Position numbers and translations under genes: made by a program. From the NCBI GenBank assembly GCA_035281505.1, contig DATEDT010000114.1, forward strand, positions 5,488 to 69,487: a DNA stretch of 64,000 bases, in the 5' to 3' direction. The notes beneath the pieces are model-generated. The model was not told where the DNA came from and did no database searches. It was given only the letters and a program-made list of their open reading frames with translations. Shown here in pieces: positions 23,822 to 32,657 of this stretch (its first letter is position 1; each line of letters starts with the position of its first letter). Origin of the DNA: Aeromicrobium sp. (lineage in GTDB: Bacteria > Actinomycetota > Actinomycetes > Propionibacteriales > Nocardioidaceae).

Positions 23822-23942
23822 GGGACGCATCTTTAGACATTCATGCGGTTTGTCGACCAAAGAACCGACGTTGATGCGGCTATGACGTAGCAAACGTCGA
23901 TACATCGGACGTGGGACGCACGAATGTCTAAACATGCGTCCC
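23822..23942. repeat. Long imperfect inverted repeat / nested hairpins in an AT-richer spacer
   Basis: Arm 23822-23847 'gggacgcatctttagacattcatgcg' is complementary to 23917-23942 at 24/26 positions. Inner hairpin: CGACGTT (23866-23872) with AACGTCG (23893-23899). The right arm also self-pairs: GGGACGCA (23913-23920) with TGCGTCCC (23935-23942). Confidence 0.7.
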
Positions 23943-23943
23943 A

Positions 23944-23977
23944 GAAGCGACCGAACGTCGGCACGTCACGTCGCTTC
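23944..23977. terminator. Candidate stem-loop (8-bp perfect stem GAAGCGAC/GTCGCTTC, 18-nt loop) just after the nuoD-like stop
   Basis: Read directly from the sequence. No U-tract follows on either strand, so terminator function is only a guess. Confidence 0.3.
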
Positions 23978-23988
23978 CCGCCGCGTGG

Positions 23989-25146
23989 CTATTTGTCGAT
24001 ATCCCCGACCACGAAGAACATCGAGCCGAGGATTGCGACCAGATCAGCGACGACGCAGCCACCCACGATCTCGGGCAGGACGGCGATGTTGTTGAACGAC
24101 GCGGTGCGCAGCTTGAGTCTCCACGGCGTCTTCTCCCCGCGCGAGACCAGGTAGTAGCCGTTCAGCCCCAGTGGATTCTCGGTCCAGACGTAGGTCGAAC
24201 CCTCCGGGGCTTTCACGATCTTCGGCAACCGGACGTTGACCGGTCCGGCCGGGAGTTCAGCGATGCGGGCCAGGCAGGCATCGGCGATGTCGAGGGAAGT
24301 CTTGGCCTGCTCGACGAGCACTTCGAACCGCGCGTAGGAGTCACCGGCGGTTCGCGTCACCACCCGCACGACCTCGCCGAGTTCGCCGTAGGCGAGGTAG
24401 GGCTCGTCCCGACGAAGGTCGAGGTCGACGCCAGACGCCCGCGCGATCGGCCCGGACACCCCATACGCGTGGACGAGCTCAGGAGAGAGGACGCCCACGC
24501 CAACAGTCCGTGCCCGGAAGATCTCGTTTCCGAGGATGAGCTCCTCGATCTGGCCGATCCGGCTCCGGACGGCTGCGATCGCGTCCGCTGCCCGGCCCAG
24601 CCAGCCGGCTGGAATGTCATCCTTCACGCCGCCGACGCGGTTGAACATGAAGTGCATCCGCCCACCGGACATCTCCTCCATGACCTCCTGGAGCGTCTCG
24701 CGCTCGCGGAAGGCGTAGAAGATCGGCGTGATGGCGCCCAGCTCGATGGGGTAGGAGCCCATGAACATCAGGTGGTTGAGGGTGCGGTTGAGCTCAGCCA
24801 GCAGCGTCCGAATCCACGTGGCTCGCTCCGGCACCTCGATGCCGAGCATGTTCTCGACGGCCATGGCGACGCCGAGTTCGGAGCTGAACGCGCTCAGCCA
24901 GTCGTGCCGGTTTGCCAGCATGATGATCTGGCGATAGTCGCGTGCCTCGAAGAGCTTCTCGACGCCGCGATGCATGTAGCCGATGATCGGCTCGCAGTGC
25001 ACGATGCGTTCGCCGTCGAGCGTCAGGCGCAACCGCAGGACGCCGTGAGTGGCCGGGTGCTGGGGTCCGATGTTGAGCACCATGTCGGTGGTCGCAAAGC
25101 CGCTGCCCAATGCGGCCGTCATCTCACGGACCCCCTCCGGTGTCAT
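23989..25146 (-). CDS. Stand-alone NuoD-like protein (complex I 49-kDa / NDUFS2 / Nqo4 homologue)
   Basis: 385 aa from ATG 25146. The R/P-rich 155-codon upstream extension of the ORF was rejected. Motifs '[15 protein letters not shown]', '[12 protein letters not shown]', '[12 protein letters not shown]' and C-terminal 'FFVVGDIDK'. No other nuo genes are present in the window. Confidence 0.9.
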   Translation of the reverse strand: MTPEGVREMTAALGSGFATTDMVLNIGPQHPATHGVLRLRLTLDGERIVHCEPIIGYMHRGVEKLFEARDYRQIIMLANRHDWLSAFSSELGVAMAVENMLGIEVPERATWIRTLLAELNRTLNHLMFMGSYPIELGAITPIFYAFRERETLQEVMEEMSGGRMHFMFNRVGGVKDDIPAGWLGRAADAIAAVRSRIGQIEELILGNEIFRARTVGVGVLSPELVHAYGVSGPIARASGVDLDLRRDEPYLAYGELGEVVRVVTRTAGDSYARFEVLVEQAKTSLDIADACLARIAELPAGPVNVRLPKIVKAPEGSTYVWTENPLGLNGYYLVSRGEKTPWRLKLRTASFNNIAVLPEIVGGCVVADLVAILGSMFFVVGDIDK

Positions 25147-25151
25147 AGCCG

Positions 25152-26066
25152 TCAGTCTCGCACGCGGGTGTCGGTGACGATCCACCAGAAGTCGCCCCAA
25201 CCACCGCGCGCGCGGAGCTCGGCGGCCTCCGCGGCGCCGGCCAGCTCGGCAAGGTAGCGCGCGGGCTCGGAGTGGGCGAGTTCCAAGGGCGGACGTGCGC
25301 CGTTCACGCCCAGGCGGGCCAGGGCGTCGCGCTGGCGCTCGAGGCGTGCGCCGACGCGGTTGGCCACCGCATCGACGGCCACGTGCGCGGTGATGTCCCG
25401 CGATCCGTCCGGTCGGATGTCGACCTCCTGTCCGTTTCGATACGACGCAAGAGAGCCGAAGGGCGGACGAGCTTCGGCGAGGTGGCCGTAGTCGATGGCG
25501 ACGGCGAGCCCGGTCACCGCCTGAACGGCCGCGGCCCAGGCCTCGTCCCGCGGCTCGCCGATCTCGGCCCGTGCGCCCGGCTCTTCGAGTGGCCACCACG
25601 CGTCGATCCATCCCGAGTCGAGCGGATCCCCCAGCCGTTCATTGCCGGTCTCCGGGTCGACCAGGACGAGGCGCACGACACCGTCGTCGTCCAGCTCGAC
25701 GACATCGCACGGCACGTTGTCGAGCCATTCGTGCGCCACGAGCAGTCCGTCGAACTCGGCTGGCAAGTCGCGGTGCCAGCCGATGGCCGAGGGCAGCGAC
25801 GGCGGCCTGGGAGCCAGGTCCACGCCGATCAGAGTCAATCCCGGCTCGAGCACGCTCAACCGGGTCAGGAGCTCCCCGCCGCCGGCGCCGAGATCGACCA
25901 CCGTGGCCAGCCCCTCGTCCCGAGCCAGCTGGGCGATCGCCTGGGCGAAGACCTCCGACGCCGTGACCGCCGTCCGGAAGTGCTGCGCCGGCCGTGCGGT
26001 CACGAAGAACCCGTCGGGTCCGTAGAGGGCCTCGGTCCACGCTTCCCGCCACGACACATGGGGCAT
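25152..26066 (-). CDS. SAM-dependent methyltransferase, DUF185 / MidA / NDUFAF7 family
   Basis: 304 aa from ATG 26066. Motifs '[10 protein letters not shown]', SAM motif '[11 protein letters not shown]', 'AHEWLDNVP', 'VAIDYGH', '[10 protein letters not shown]...DITAHVAVD'. Its stop lies 5 nt before the nuoD-like ATG. Confidence 0.8.
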   Translation of the reverse strand: MPHVSWREAWTEALYGPDGFFVTARPAQHFRTAVTASEVFAQAIAQLARDEGLATVVDLGAGGGELLTRLSVLEPGLTLIGVDLAPRPPSLPSAIGWHRDLPAEFDGLLVAHEWLDNVPCDVVELDDDGVVRLVLVDPETGNERLGDPLDSGWIDAWWPLEEPGARAEIGEPRDEAWAAAVQAVTGLAVAIDYGHLAEARPPFGSLASYRNGQEVDIRPDGSRDITAHVAVDAVANRVGARLERQRDALARLGVNGARPPLELAHSEPARYLAELAGAAEAAELRARGGWGDFWWIVTDTRVRD

Positions 26067-26192
26067 GGGCCCGAGCCTAGGCGCTGTGATCGTGGCCACA
26101 AAGACACCTCTTCCACCTTGACCTGCAGCGACGTAAGATCGTTGCGTCAACGTCTGGTACCCCTCGCGGGACTGGAACGAAAGGCAAGAAGC

Positions 26193-27113
26193 ATGACGGG
26201 TATCCCCGTGCAGGGCGCGCTGCCCCGCGCTGTCGCGACGGTCGGCGTCGTTGGCGCCGGACGCGTCGGCGCCGTTCTGGCGGCCAAGTTCCGTGCCGCC
26301 GGCCACCCGGTGGTCGGTGTCAGCGGCCGGTCGGCGGCTTCGCAACTGCGGATCCAGACCCTGCTCGAGGGGGTCGAGTCGCTTGAGCCGGCCGAGGTGG
26401 TCGAGCGCGCCGACGTCGTCCTGATCGCGGTTCCTGACGACGCCTTGGCCGATGTCGCCGCCGAGCTCGCCGCGCACGTGCGGGCAGGTCAGGTTGTCAT
26501 GCACACCAGCGGCCGCCACGGCTTGGCCGTGCTGGCCCCCATGACCGACGCCGGTGCGCGGGCCATTGCCTTCCATCCGGCGATGACGTTCACCGGCACC
26601 GAGGTCGACCTCGAGCGAGCCTGTGCCTATGGGCTGACGGCACGGCCGGCAGACCGTCCGCTGGCCGAGGCGCTGGTCATCGAACTCGGCGGCACGCCCG
26701 AGTGGATCGACGAGACCGATCGGACGAGCTACCACGCAGCCCTGTCACACGGCGCCAACCACCTCAACACGCTGGTGGCCCAGGCCATGGACGTGCTGCG
26801 GGGCGCCGGTGTCGCCGATCCGTCCGCCGTGCTTCGGCCGCTGCTGACCGCGGCCCTCGACAACACCCTCGCGTACGGCGACGCCGCGCTGACCGGTCCG
26901 GTGGCACGGGGCGATGTCAGCACCGTTCAAGCGCACACCGAGACACTCGCGGGGCAGCCGGAGATCCTCGACGCCTATGTGGCCCTTGCCCGGGCCACGG
27001 CCGCTCGCGCCGCCGAGAGCGGACGCATCGATGCGGCCACCGCGGCCGCCCTGCGCCAGGTCCTGTCCGAGGCCGAGTGGGAATCGCTCGCCGCGGCGAC
27101 GGTGATCGCCTGA
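26193..27113 (+). CDS. Rossmann-fold / DUF2520 domain protein (Rv3603c-like)
   Basis: 306 aa from ATG 26193. Motifs 'VGVVGAGRVGAVLAAKF', 'VVLIAVPDDAL' and C-terminal 'TGPVARGD'. ATGA overlap with panC. Confidence 0.7.
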   Translation: MTGIPVQGALPRAVATVGVVGAGRVGAVLAAKFRAAGHPVVGVSGRSAASQLRIQTLLEGVESLEPAEVVERADVVLIAVPDDALADVAAELAAHVRAGQVVMHTSGRHGLAVLAPMTDAGARAIAFHPAMTFTGTEVDLERACAYGLTARPADRPLAEALVIELGGTPEWIDETDRTSYHAALSHGANHLNTLVAQAMDVLRGAGVADPSAVLRPLLTAALDNTLAYGDAALTGPVARGDVSTVQAHTETLAGQPEILDAYVALARATAARAAESGRIDAATAAALRQVLSEAEWESLAAATVIA

Positions 27114-27991
27114 TGAGCCTGCACGCACAGGGCCCCACGGTCATCCGCACGCCGGCTGAGCTCCGGGCGCTCGGCACAGCCATCTCGTTCGTACCCACGA
27201 TGGGGGCACTGCACGACGGCCATGTGCAGTTGATGAAGCACGCCCGGCCCCTCGGCGAGACGCTGGTGGCGTCGATCTTCGTCAACCCGACCCAGTTCGC
27301 CCCGGGTGAGGACTTCGAGGAGTACCCGCGTACCTTCGACGCCGATCTCGAGCGATGCGCAGAAGCCGGCGTCGACGTCGTGTTCGCGCCGTCGGTCCAG
27401 ACCATGTATCCGGACGGCCGGGAGAACGGCGTCACCGTCGACCCTGGGTCGCTCGGCAGCATCCTGGAAGGCAGGTCCCGCCCCACGCACTTCCGCGGGG
27501 TGCTCACCGTGGTCAGCAAGCTGTTCGGGTTGGTGCGCCCGGAGGTCGCCGTCTTCGGCGAGAAGGACTACCAGCAGCTCACCCTCATCAAGCAGATGAA
27601 CGACGCGCTGTGCCTGGGCATCGACATCCAGGGGTGCCCCACCGTGCGCGAGGCCGATGGGTTGGCCATGAGCTCGCGCAACACCTACCTGACGCCGGAG
27701 CAGCGGCAGCAGGCCCCGGCGCTCTACGCCGCGCTCCGGGCCGGTGCGGCCGTCTCCGGCGCCGGACCCGAAGCGGTCCTGGCTGCGGCTCACGCCGTCA
27801 TCGATCAGGCCGAAGGCGTCGAGCTCGACTACCTGGAGCTGACGAGCGCCGATCTGGGCGATCCCGTGCCCGGGGACGCGCGCCTGCTCATCGCCGCCCG
27901 CGTGGGCAAGCCGCGGCTCATCGACAACATCCATCTCACGCTTCCCGATCTCGACCAACCCGAAGGGGACCAGCCATGTTCCGCACGATGA
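27113..27991 (+). CDS. panC: Pantoate--beta-alanine ligase
   Basis: Motifs '[11 protein letters not shown]', 'SIFVNPTQF', 'FGEKDYQQL' and 'MSSRN'. Confidence 0.93.
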   Translation: MSLHAQGPTVIRTPAELRALGTAISFVPTMGALHDGHVQLMKHARPLGETLVASIFVNPTQFAPGEDFEEYPRTFDADLERCAEAGVDVVFAPSVQTMYPDGRENGVTVDPGSLGSILEGRSRPTHFRGVLTVVSKLFGLVRPEVAVFGEKDYQQLTLIKQMNDALCLGIDIQGCPTVREADGLAMSSRNTYLTPEQRQQAPALYAALRAGAAVSGAGPEAVLAAAHAVIDQAEGVELDYLELTSADLGDPVPGDARLLIAARVGKPRLIDNIHLTLPDLDQPEGDQPCSAR

Positions 27992-28404
27992 TGAAGTCGA
28001 AGATCCACCGCGCCACGGTGACGCAGGCCGATCTGCACTACGTCGGCTCGGTGACGGTCGACCAGGATCTGCTCGACGCCGCCAACCTCCTGGCCGGCGA
28101 GCTGGTGCACATCGTCGACATCGACAACGGGGCTCGGCTGGAGACCTACACGATTGCCGGCGAGCGGGGCTCGGGCGTCATCGGCATCAACGGCGCGGCC
28201 GCCCGCCTGGTTCACCCGGGCGACCGCGTCATCCTCATCGCCTATGCGCAGCTGGAGGACGCCGAGGCGCGCGAGTACCAGCCTCATGTCGTGTTCGTCG
28301 ACTCGGAGAACCGGGTCATCGGCACTGGGCACGACCCGGCCGAGGCGCTCCCCAGCCAGGGCCTCTTGCCCGGAGATCGTGTCTACCGCGACGTGACCCA
28401 CTGA
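27976..28404 (+). CDS. panD: Aspartate 1-decarboxylase
   Basis: 142 aa with '[23 protein letters not shown]'. 16-nt overlap with panC. Confidence 0.95.
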   Translation: MFRTMMKSKIHRATVTQADLHYVGSVTVDQDLLDAANLLAGELVHIVDIDNGARLETYTIAGERGSGVIGINGAAARLVHPGDRVILIAYAQLEDAEAREYQPHVVFVDSENRVIGTGHDPAEALPSQGLLPGDRVYRDVTH

Positions 28405-28408
28405 TGCC

Positions 28409-29188
28409 ATGAGCCTGCTCACGTTGGACATCAGCAACAGCCACACCACCTTCGGGATCTTCGAAGGTGACAAGCTCACGGCGCACTGGCGCGTCAAGTC
28501 CGACGAGCACCGAACCTCCGATGAGTGGTACCTGGTCCTGCAGGGCCTGATCACCCGCACGACCCTCGCCACGGTGGAGGCCGTGGCCGTCGCGTGCACG
28601 GTGCCGGCGATCCTGGTCGAGATTCGCGCGATGATCGAGCGGTACTACGCCGACGCGCCGGTCGCAATCGTCGGCCCCGGGGTCAAGACGGGCGTGCCGA
28701 TCCACACCGACAACCCCCGTGAGGTCGGCGCCGATCGCATCGTCAACGCCCTGGCGGCGGCCGAGCTCTACGGCGGTCCGGCCATCGTCGTCGACATGAA
28801 CGGGACTGCGACGATCTTCGATGTCGTCGACGAGACCGGCGCCTACATCGGTGGCGCGATCGCGCCGGGCGTCGAGCTGTCCCTGGAGGCGCTGTCGCGT
28901 CGCGGTGCGCAACTGCGTGCCGTCGAGCTGGCCAAGCCGCGCGGAGTCATCGGCAAGGGCACCGTCGAGGCCATCCAGTCCGGGGTCGTCTTCGGGTTTG
29001 CCGGCGGTGTCGACGGGATCGTTCGCCGCATCATCGACAGCTTGGGGGTCGATGACGAGGACGTGACCGTCGTGGTGACGGGCTCCTACCCCGAGGCCGT
29101 CATCGACGCCTGTACGACGATCACCGACCGTGACCCGTTCCTGACCCTGGAAGGACTGCGGCTCGTCCACGAGCGAAACCACGTGTGA
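28409..29188 (+). CDS. coaX: Type III pantothenate kinase
   Basis: 259 aa with 'LLTLDISNSHTTFGIF', 'GADRIVNA' and 'VVDMNGTATIFD'. Confidence 0.9.
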   Translation: MSLLTLDISNSHTTFGIFEGDKLTAHWRVKSDEHRTSDEWYLVLQGLITRTTLATVEAVAVACTVPAILVEIRAMIERYYADAPVAIVGPGVKTGVPIHTDNPREVGADRIVNALAAAELYGGPAIVVDMNGTATIFDVVDETGAYIGGAIAPGVELSLEALSRRGAQLRAVELAKPRGVIGKGTVEAIQSGVVFGFAGGVDGIVRRIIDSLGVDDEDVTVVVTGSYPEAVIDACTTITDRDPFLTLEGLRLVHERNHV

Positions 29189-30359
29189 CCGCCCGCCAAA
29201 CGCGCGCCACCATCCGGCCGATCGCAACGCGGAGGAGCCGACGCGCCGGAACCTGCGCGAGGGTGCTTTCGAGCTGAGCCTCACCGGGATCCTCGAAATC
29301 GGGTCCTCGCCAGGTGCCTGCTGACAGCATGCCGGCCAACGCCTCGGCAGCCAGCTCGACCGGCACCTCGTCCACCGGATCCTCGGCGAGGGACCGGGAC
29401 GGTGGCTTGCCGGCCAGGGCGGAGAGGTCACCGATGACGCGGACGCCGGTCGCAGCAATCTGGTCGGCGAACTCGGCGCCACGCTCGGCGGCGCGCACTG
29501 CGGCCCAGTCGGGCAGGATCAGGCGCTCGCCGGCGCCGGGAGGTTCCTCCATGAGTCGACGCTGCGCACCGAAGCGGACGATGCGCTCGTAGTCGTCCCA
29601 GTCGACGTCATAGGGCTCGATTGCGCGGTTGAGCGCGAGGAAGAGCTCGGCCTCGGCGGTCGTCAGTCCCCGATTGGCCGCGTAGCCGTCGAGGTCCTCG
29701 GCTGCGAGTGTTCCCGGACGAAGAGCAAGCAGTTGCTCGACGCCGGTCGTGAGCAGCTCGGGCCGGCGGGAGTCGGTGACGATGACCGTCACCCGGTCCG
29801 GACCGGCGGCCTTCACCCAGCGGCGCACCACGCCGCCCTGGTCATTGCGCCGGTGGAACCGCCGGGTGACCGAGCGGTCCGGCGGGTCGGCGAGCACGGC
29901 CCGCAACCAGTCCTCGAAGCCGGTCGTCGTCCCGGCCTTGACGAACTGCTGCCACGCCGACGGGAGAATCGCACCGAAGCTGCGGAGCGTGATGAGGACG
30001 TGGCATCGCTCACCGATGGCGTCGACGAATCCCCGGGCCGTCGCCTTGTTGGCCTCGGACGCAAACTCGTGACCGAAGAACACCCGACGTGATTCGTCGG
30101 CCTCGATCTCGGCTATCAGGGCGTCCCAGCGCTCCCGTGGCGGCGTGGTTGCGCCGCCCTTGCCCCAGCCCCAGCTGCGTCCCATGAAGCCGAGCACTGC
30201 GCCGCGCTGATTGACCTTGTCGCCGGGATACTGAACGCCCTGGCGCAGCAGCTCGTCCCGCTTGGCCGCTGCTGCCACCTGCAGCGACGTCGTTCCTGAC
30301 TTCGGAATGCCGATGTGGAACAGGCGCGTGCGCTCCGGTAAAGCCTCTGTGCAGTCCAT
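29121..30359 (-). CDS. Sulfotransferase-like protein
   Basis: 412 aa. PAPS 5'-phosphosulfate-binding-type loop 'HIGIPKSGTTSLQ' (PKSGTTS codons at 30285-30305) and an R-x7-S element 'LRSFGAILPS'. The Arg-rich C-terminus overlaps the coaX 3' end by 68 nt. Confidence 0.5.
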   Translation of the reverse strand: MDCTEALPERTRLFHIGIPKSGTTSLQVAAAAKRDELLRQGVQYPGDKVNQRGAVLGFMGRSWGWGKGGATTPPRERWDALIAEIEADESRRVFFGHEFASEANKATARGFVDAIGERCHVLITLRSFGAILPSAWQQFVKAGTTTGFEDWLRAVLADPPDRSVTRRFHRRNDQGGVVRRWVKAAGPDRVTVIVTDSRRPELLTTGVEQLLALRPGTLAAEDLDGYAANRGLTTAEAELFLALNRAIEPYDVDWDDYERIVRFGAQRRLMEEPPGAGERLILPDWAAVRAAERGAEFADQIAATGVRVIGDLSALAGKPPSRSLAEDPVDEVPVELAAEALAGMLSAGTWRGPDFEDPGEAQLESTLAQVPARRLLRVAIGRMVARVWRAVTRGFARGRAAVLPGSGTGHGR

Positions 30360-30459
30360 GTCGACCCGCCCCCCGACGATTGCGACCAGCTCCCGACCCT
30401 ACGTCGGGGCGAAGCCTCGAAGGCCAGCGGATGCGTGCCGGCCATTAGGCTTCATACCC

Positions 30460-31974
30460 GTGACCGACGAGCGCCAATCCGAAGACGAGCACGACCTCCC
30501 TGAGCAGGTGCGCGTCCGCCGGGAGAAGCGCGACGAACTGATGGCCGCCGGGGAAGACCCCTACCCGGTCGCCGTCGCGCGTACGCATTCGCTGCGCGAG
30601 ATCGTGACCACCCATGACGCCGAGATGCTGGGCCCCGACGTGCACACCGGCGAGACCGTCTCGGTGGCGGGTCGAGTGATCTTCCTGCGCAACACCGGCA
30701 AGCTCTGCTTCGTCCGGCTCCGCGAAGGCGACGGCACCGAGCTGCAGGCGATGCTGTCGCTCGACCTCGTCGGTGCCGAGCGACTGGCCGCGTTCAAGCA
30801 CGCTGTCGACATCGGCGATCATCTGGCCGTCACCGGTGAGGTCATCACGTCGCGGCGGGGCGAACTGAGCGTGCAGGCGACGTCTTGGCAGCTGGCGGCC
30901 AAGACGCTGCGACCGCTGCCGGTCGAGCACAAGCCGTTGTCGGAGGAGACCCGGGCCCGGATGCGCTACGTGGACCTGATCGTCCGCGCCGAGGCGCGCG
31001 ACAACGTGCGGGTCAAGGCCGCTGTGCTCAAGTCCCTGCGCTCCACCTTGGACGCCCGTGACTACGTCGAGGTCGAGACGCCGGTCCTTCAGCACACCAA
31101 CGGCGGGGCGGCCGCTCGACCGTTCAACACCCACGTCAATGCGTTCGACGAGGATGCGTTGCTGCGGATTGCGCTCGAGCTGCATCTCAAGCGGGCGCTC
31201 GTCGGCGGCATCGATCGGGTCTATGAGTTGGGCAAGACGTTCCGCAACGAGGGCGTGGACAACTCGCACAACCCCGAGTTCATGATGTTGGAGGCCTACG
31301 AGGCGTACGGCTCGTACGACACGATGGCCGACCTGACGCGAGAGCTTGTCGTCGACGCGGCTCGCGCAGTCGGCAAGACGGTCGTCCCGGCGCGCGACGG
31401 CGGCACGATCGACCTGGAGGCGCCGTGGCGGCATGCCACCCTGCACGAGCTCGTCAGCGAGGCGGTGGGTGCGACCGTCACCGTGGAGACGCCGGCCGAG
31501 GAGCTGTCGGCGTTGGCCGACGCCCACGACGTGGCTCTTCAACAGCACTGGGACGCCGGAGCCATCGCGCTCGAGCTGTTCGAGAAGCTGGTCGAGCACA
31601 CGCTCATCCAGCCGACGTTCGTGCGTGATTACCCCGAGTCGGTTCGCCCGTTGGCGAAGCGGCACCGGACGACACCCGGCCTCGTGGAGGCCTGGGACCT
31701 CATCATCAACGGGGTCGAGCTGGCGCCGGCCTACTCGGAGTTGAATGACCCGGTCATCCAGCGCGAGCGACTCGAGGAGCAGGCGCGGTTGGCCGCGGCC
31801 GGCGATCCGGAGGCGATGGACGTCGATGAGGATTTCCTGCGGGCGCTCGAGTTCGGCATGCCGCCGGCCGGCGGCATGGGTCTCGGCGTCGACCGGCTGG
31901 TGATGCTGCTGCAGGGCATCGGCATCCGGGAGGCCATCCTGTTCCCGCTGGCGCGGCGCGAGGAGTTCGGATGA
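30460..31974 (+). CDS. lysS: Lysine--tRNA ligase (class II)
   Basis: 504 aa from GTG 30460. OB-fold N-terminus, motif 2 'ELGKTFRNEGVDNSHNPEFMMLE', motif 3 'GGMGLGVDRLVMLL'. Confidence 0.95.
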   Translation: MTDERQSEDEHDLPEQVRVRREKRDELMAAGEDPYPVAVARTHSLREIVTTHDAEMLGPDVHTGETVSVAGRVIFLRNTGKLCFVRLREGDGTELQAMLSLDLVGAERLAAFKHAVDIGDHLAVTGEVITSRRGELSVQATSWQLAAKTLRPLPVEHKPLSEETRARMRYVDLIVRAEARDNVRVKAAVLKSLRSTLDARDYVEVETPVLQHTNGGAAARPFNTHVNAFDEDALLRIALELHLKRALVGGIDRVYELGKTFRNEGVDNSHNPEFMMLEAYEAYGSYDTMADLTRELVVDAARAVGKTVVPARDGGTIDLEAPWRHATLHELVSEAVGATVTVETPAEELSALADAHDVALQQHWDAGAIALELFEKLVEHTLIQPTFVRDYPESVRPLAKRHRTTPGLVEAWDLIINGVELAPAYSELNDPVIQRERLEEQARLAAAGDPEAMDVDEDFLRALEFGMPPAGGMGLGVDRLVMLLQGIGIREAILFPLARREEFG

Positions 31975-32657
31975 CGTCGGGTTTCATCCCGCGTACCGGA
32001 GTCACGATCCTGCACGGTGACGATCCGGAGAGCACGGTGCGTCTGCTCCGGCGACTGGAGCTGAGCACCGACCTGGATCTCGAGATCGTGATCGGCGTCC
32101 CGGAGGGTCACGTCGATGTTCCGGCTTTGGCCGACGGCCTGCGCGGGAGGGGAACGCTGGCGTCGACCGACCCGACCCAGGCGGTTCCCGTCTGTGTCAA
32201 CACGATCCTTGCCAACTTCGTCGACGAGGGCGTCCAGTACGCCTGGATCCTGAGCCCCGAGCTGCTCCCTGCGTCACCGGCGCTGGCCATCCTGGCCCGG
32301 CAGATGATTCAGATGCCCGACTGCGCCGTGGTCGGCCCGCGCGTCTTCCAGGACGTCGCCGGGCGACCCGTCATCTGGTCGGACGGCGGTGTTGTCTCGG
32401 CGGAAGGACCGGTGCGGCGTCTGTCGGCCGGGGTCAGCAAGGAGCAGGCGCCGCGGGCGGGCGCGGTCGACGTCGAGGCCGTGCCATTTCCCGGATCTCT
32501 CTACCGACTTTCGGCGATCGCCGCGGTGGGGGCCTTGGGTGGCGCCGACATCGTCGATGCACACGACGTCGGCTGGTCCGACCGGGCGCGCCAGGCCGGG
32601 TGGCGCGTGATGGCCCAGCGGCGGGCACAGGCATGGTTGGCGGATGCCGATGCCTGA
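31971..32657 (+). CDS. Divergent GT2-like protein
   Basis: 228 aa with an ATGA overlap with lysS. It has a GT2-like layout ('VTILHGDD', 'AVVGPRVF', 'PFPGSLYRLSAI', 'RARQAGWRV'), but I see no clear DxD at the expected position ('WILSPE'). Confidence 0.4.
   Translation: MTSGFIPRTGVTILHGDDPESTVRLLRRLELSTDLDLEIVIGVPEGHVDVPALADGLRGRGTLASTDPTQAVPVCVNTILANFVDEGVQYAWILSPELLPASPALAILARQMIQMPDCAVVGPRVFQDVAGRPVIWSDGGVVSAEGPVRRLSAGVSKEQAPRAGAVDVEAVPFPGSLYRLSAIAAVGALGGADIVDAHDVGWSDRARQAGWRVMAQRRAQAWLADADA

Noticed and set aside
23924-24154. 76-aa + strand ORF starting inside the right arm of the inverted repeat
   Set aside because: Most of it is antisense to the conserved C-terminus of the nuoD-like gene. 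It has no SD, and its basic Ser/Thr/Arg-rich composition gives no support for coding.
25147-25611. 155-codon N-terminal extension of the nuoD-like ORF, and the analogous 223-codon extension of the methyltransferase ORF (26067-26735)
   Set aside because: The extensions are Arg/Pro/Gly/Ala-rich ('[20 protein letters not shown]...'). They overlap the neighbouring real genes and precede internal ATGs where homology-like sequence begins (MTPEGVREM..., [10 protein letters not shown]...).
23866-26154. Possible terminal inverted repeats flanking the nuoD-like/methyltransferase pair (CCGACGTTGA at 23865-23874 vs TCAACGTCTGG at 26147-26157)
   Set aside because: Only an 8-10-nt match with an indel. By rough estimate, an 8-mer inverted match between two ~150-nt spacers is expected by chance about as often as not. 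There are no target-site duplications and no transposase.
30371-30409. Hairpin (CCCCGACG / CGTCGGGG) in the 100-nt lysS leader as a possible T-box or lysine riboswitch
   Set aside because: The leader is far too short for either element. No specifier, T-box or L-box conserved cores are visible. It is probably just a GC-rich stem.
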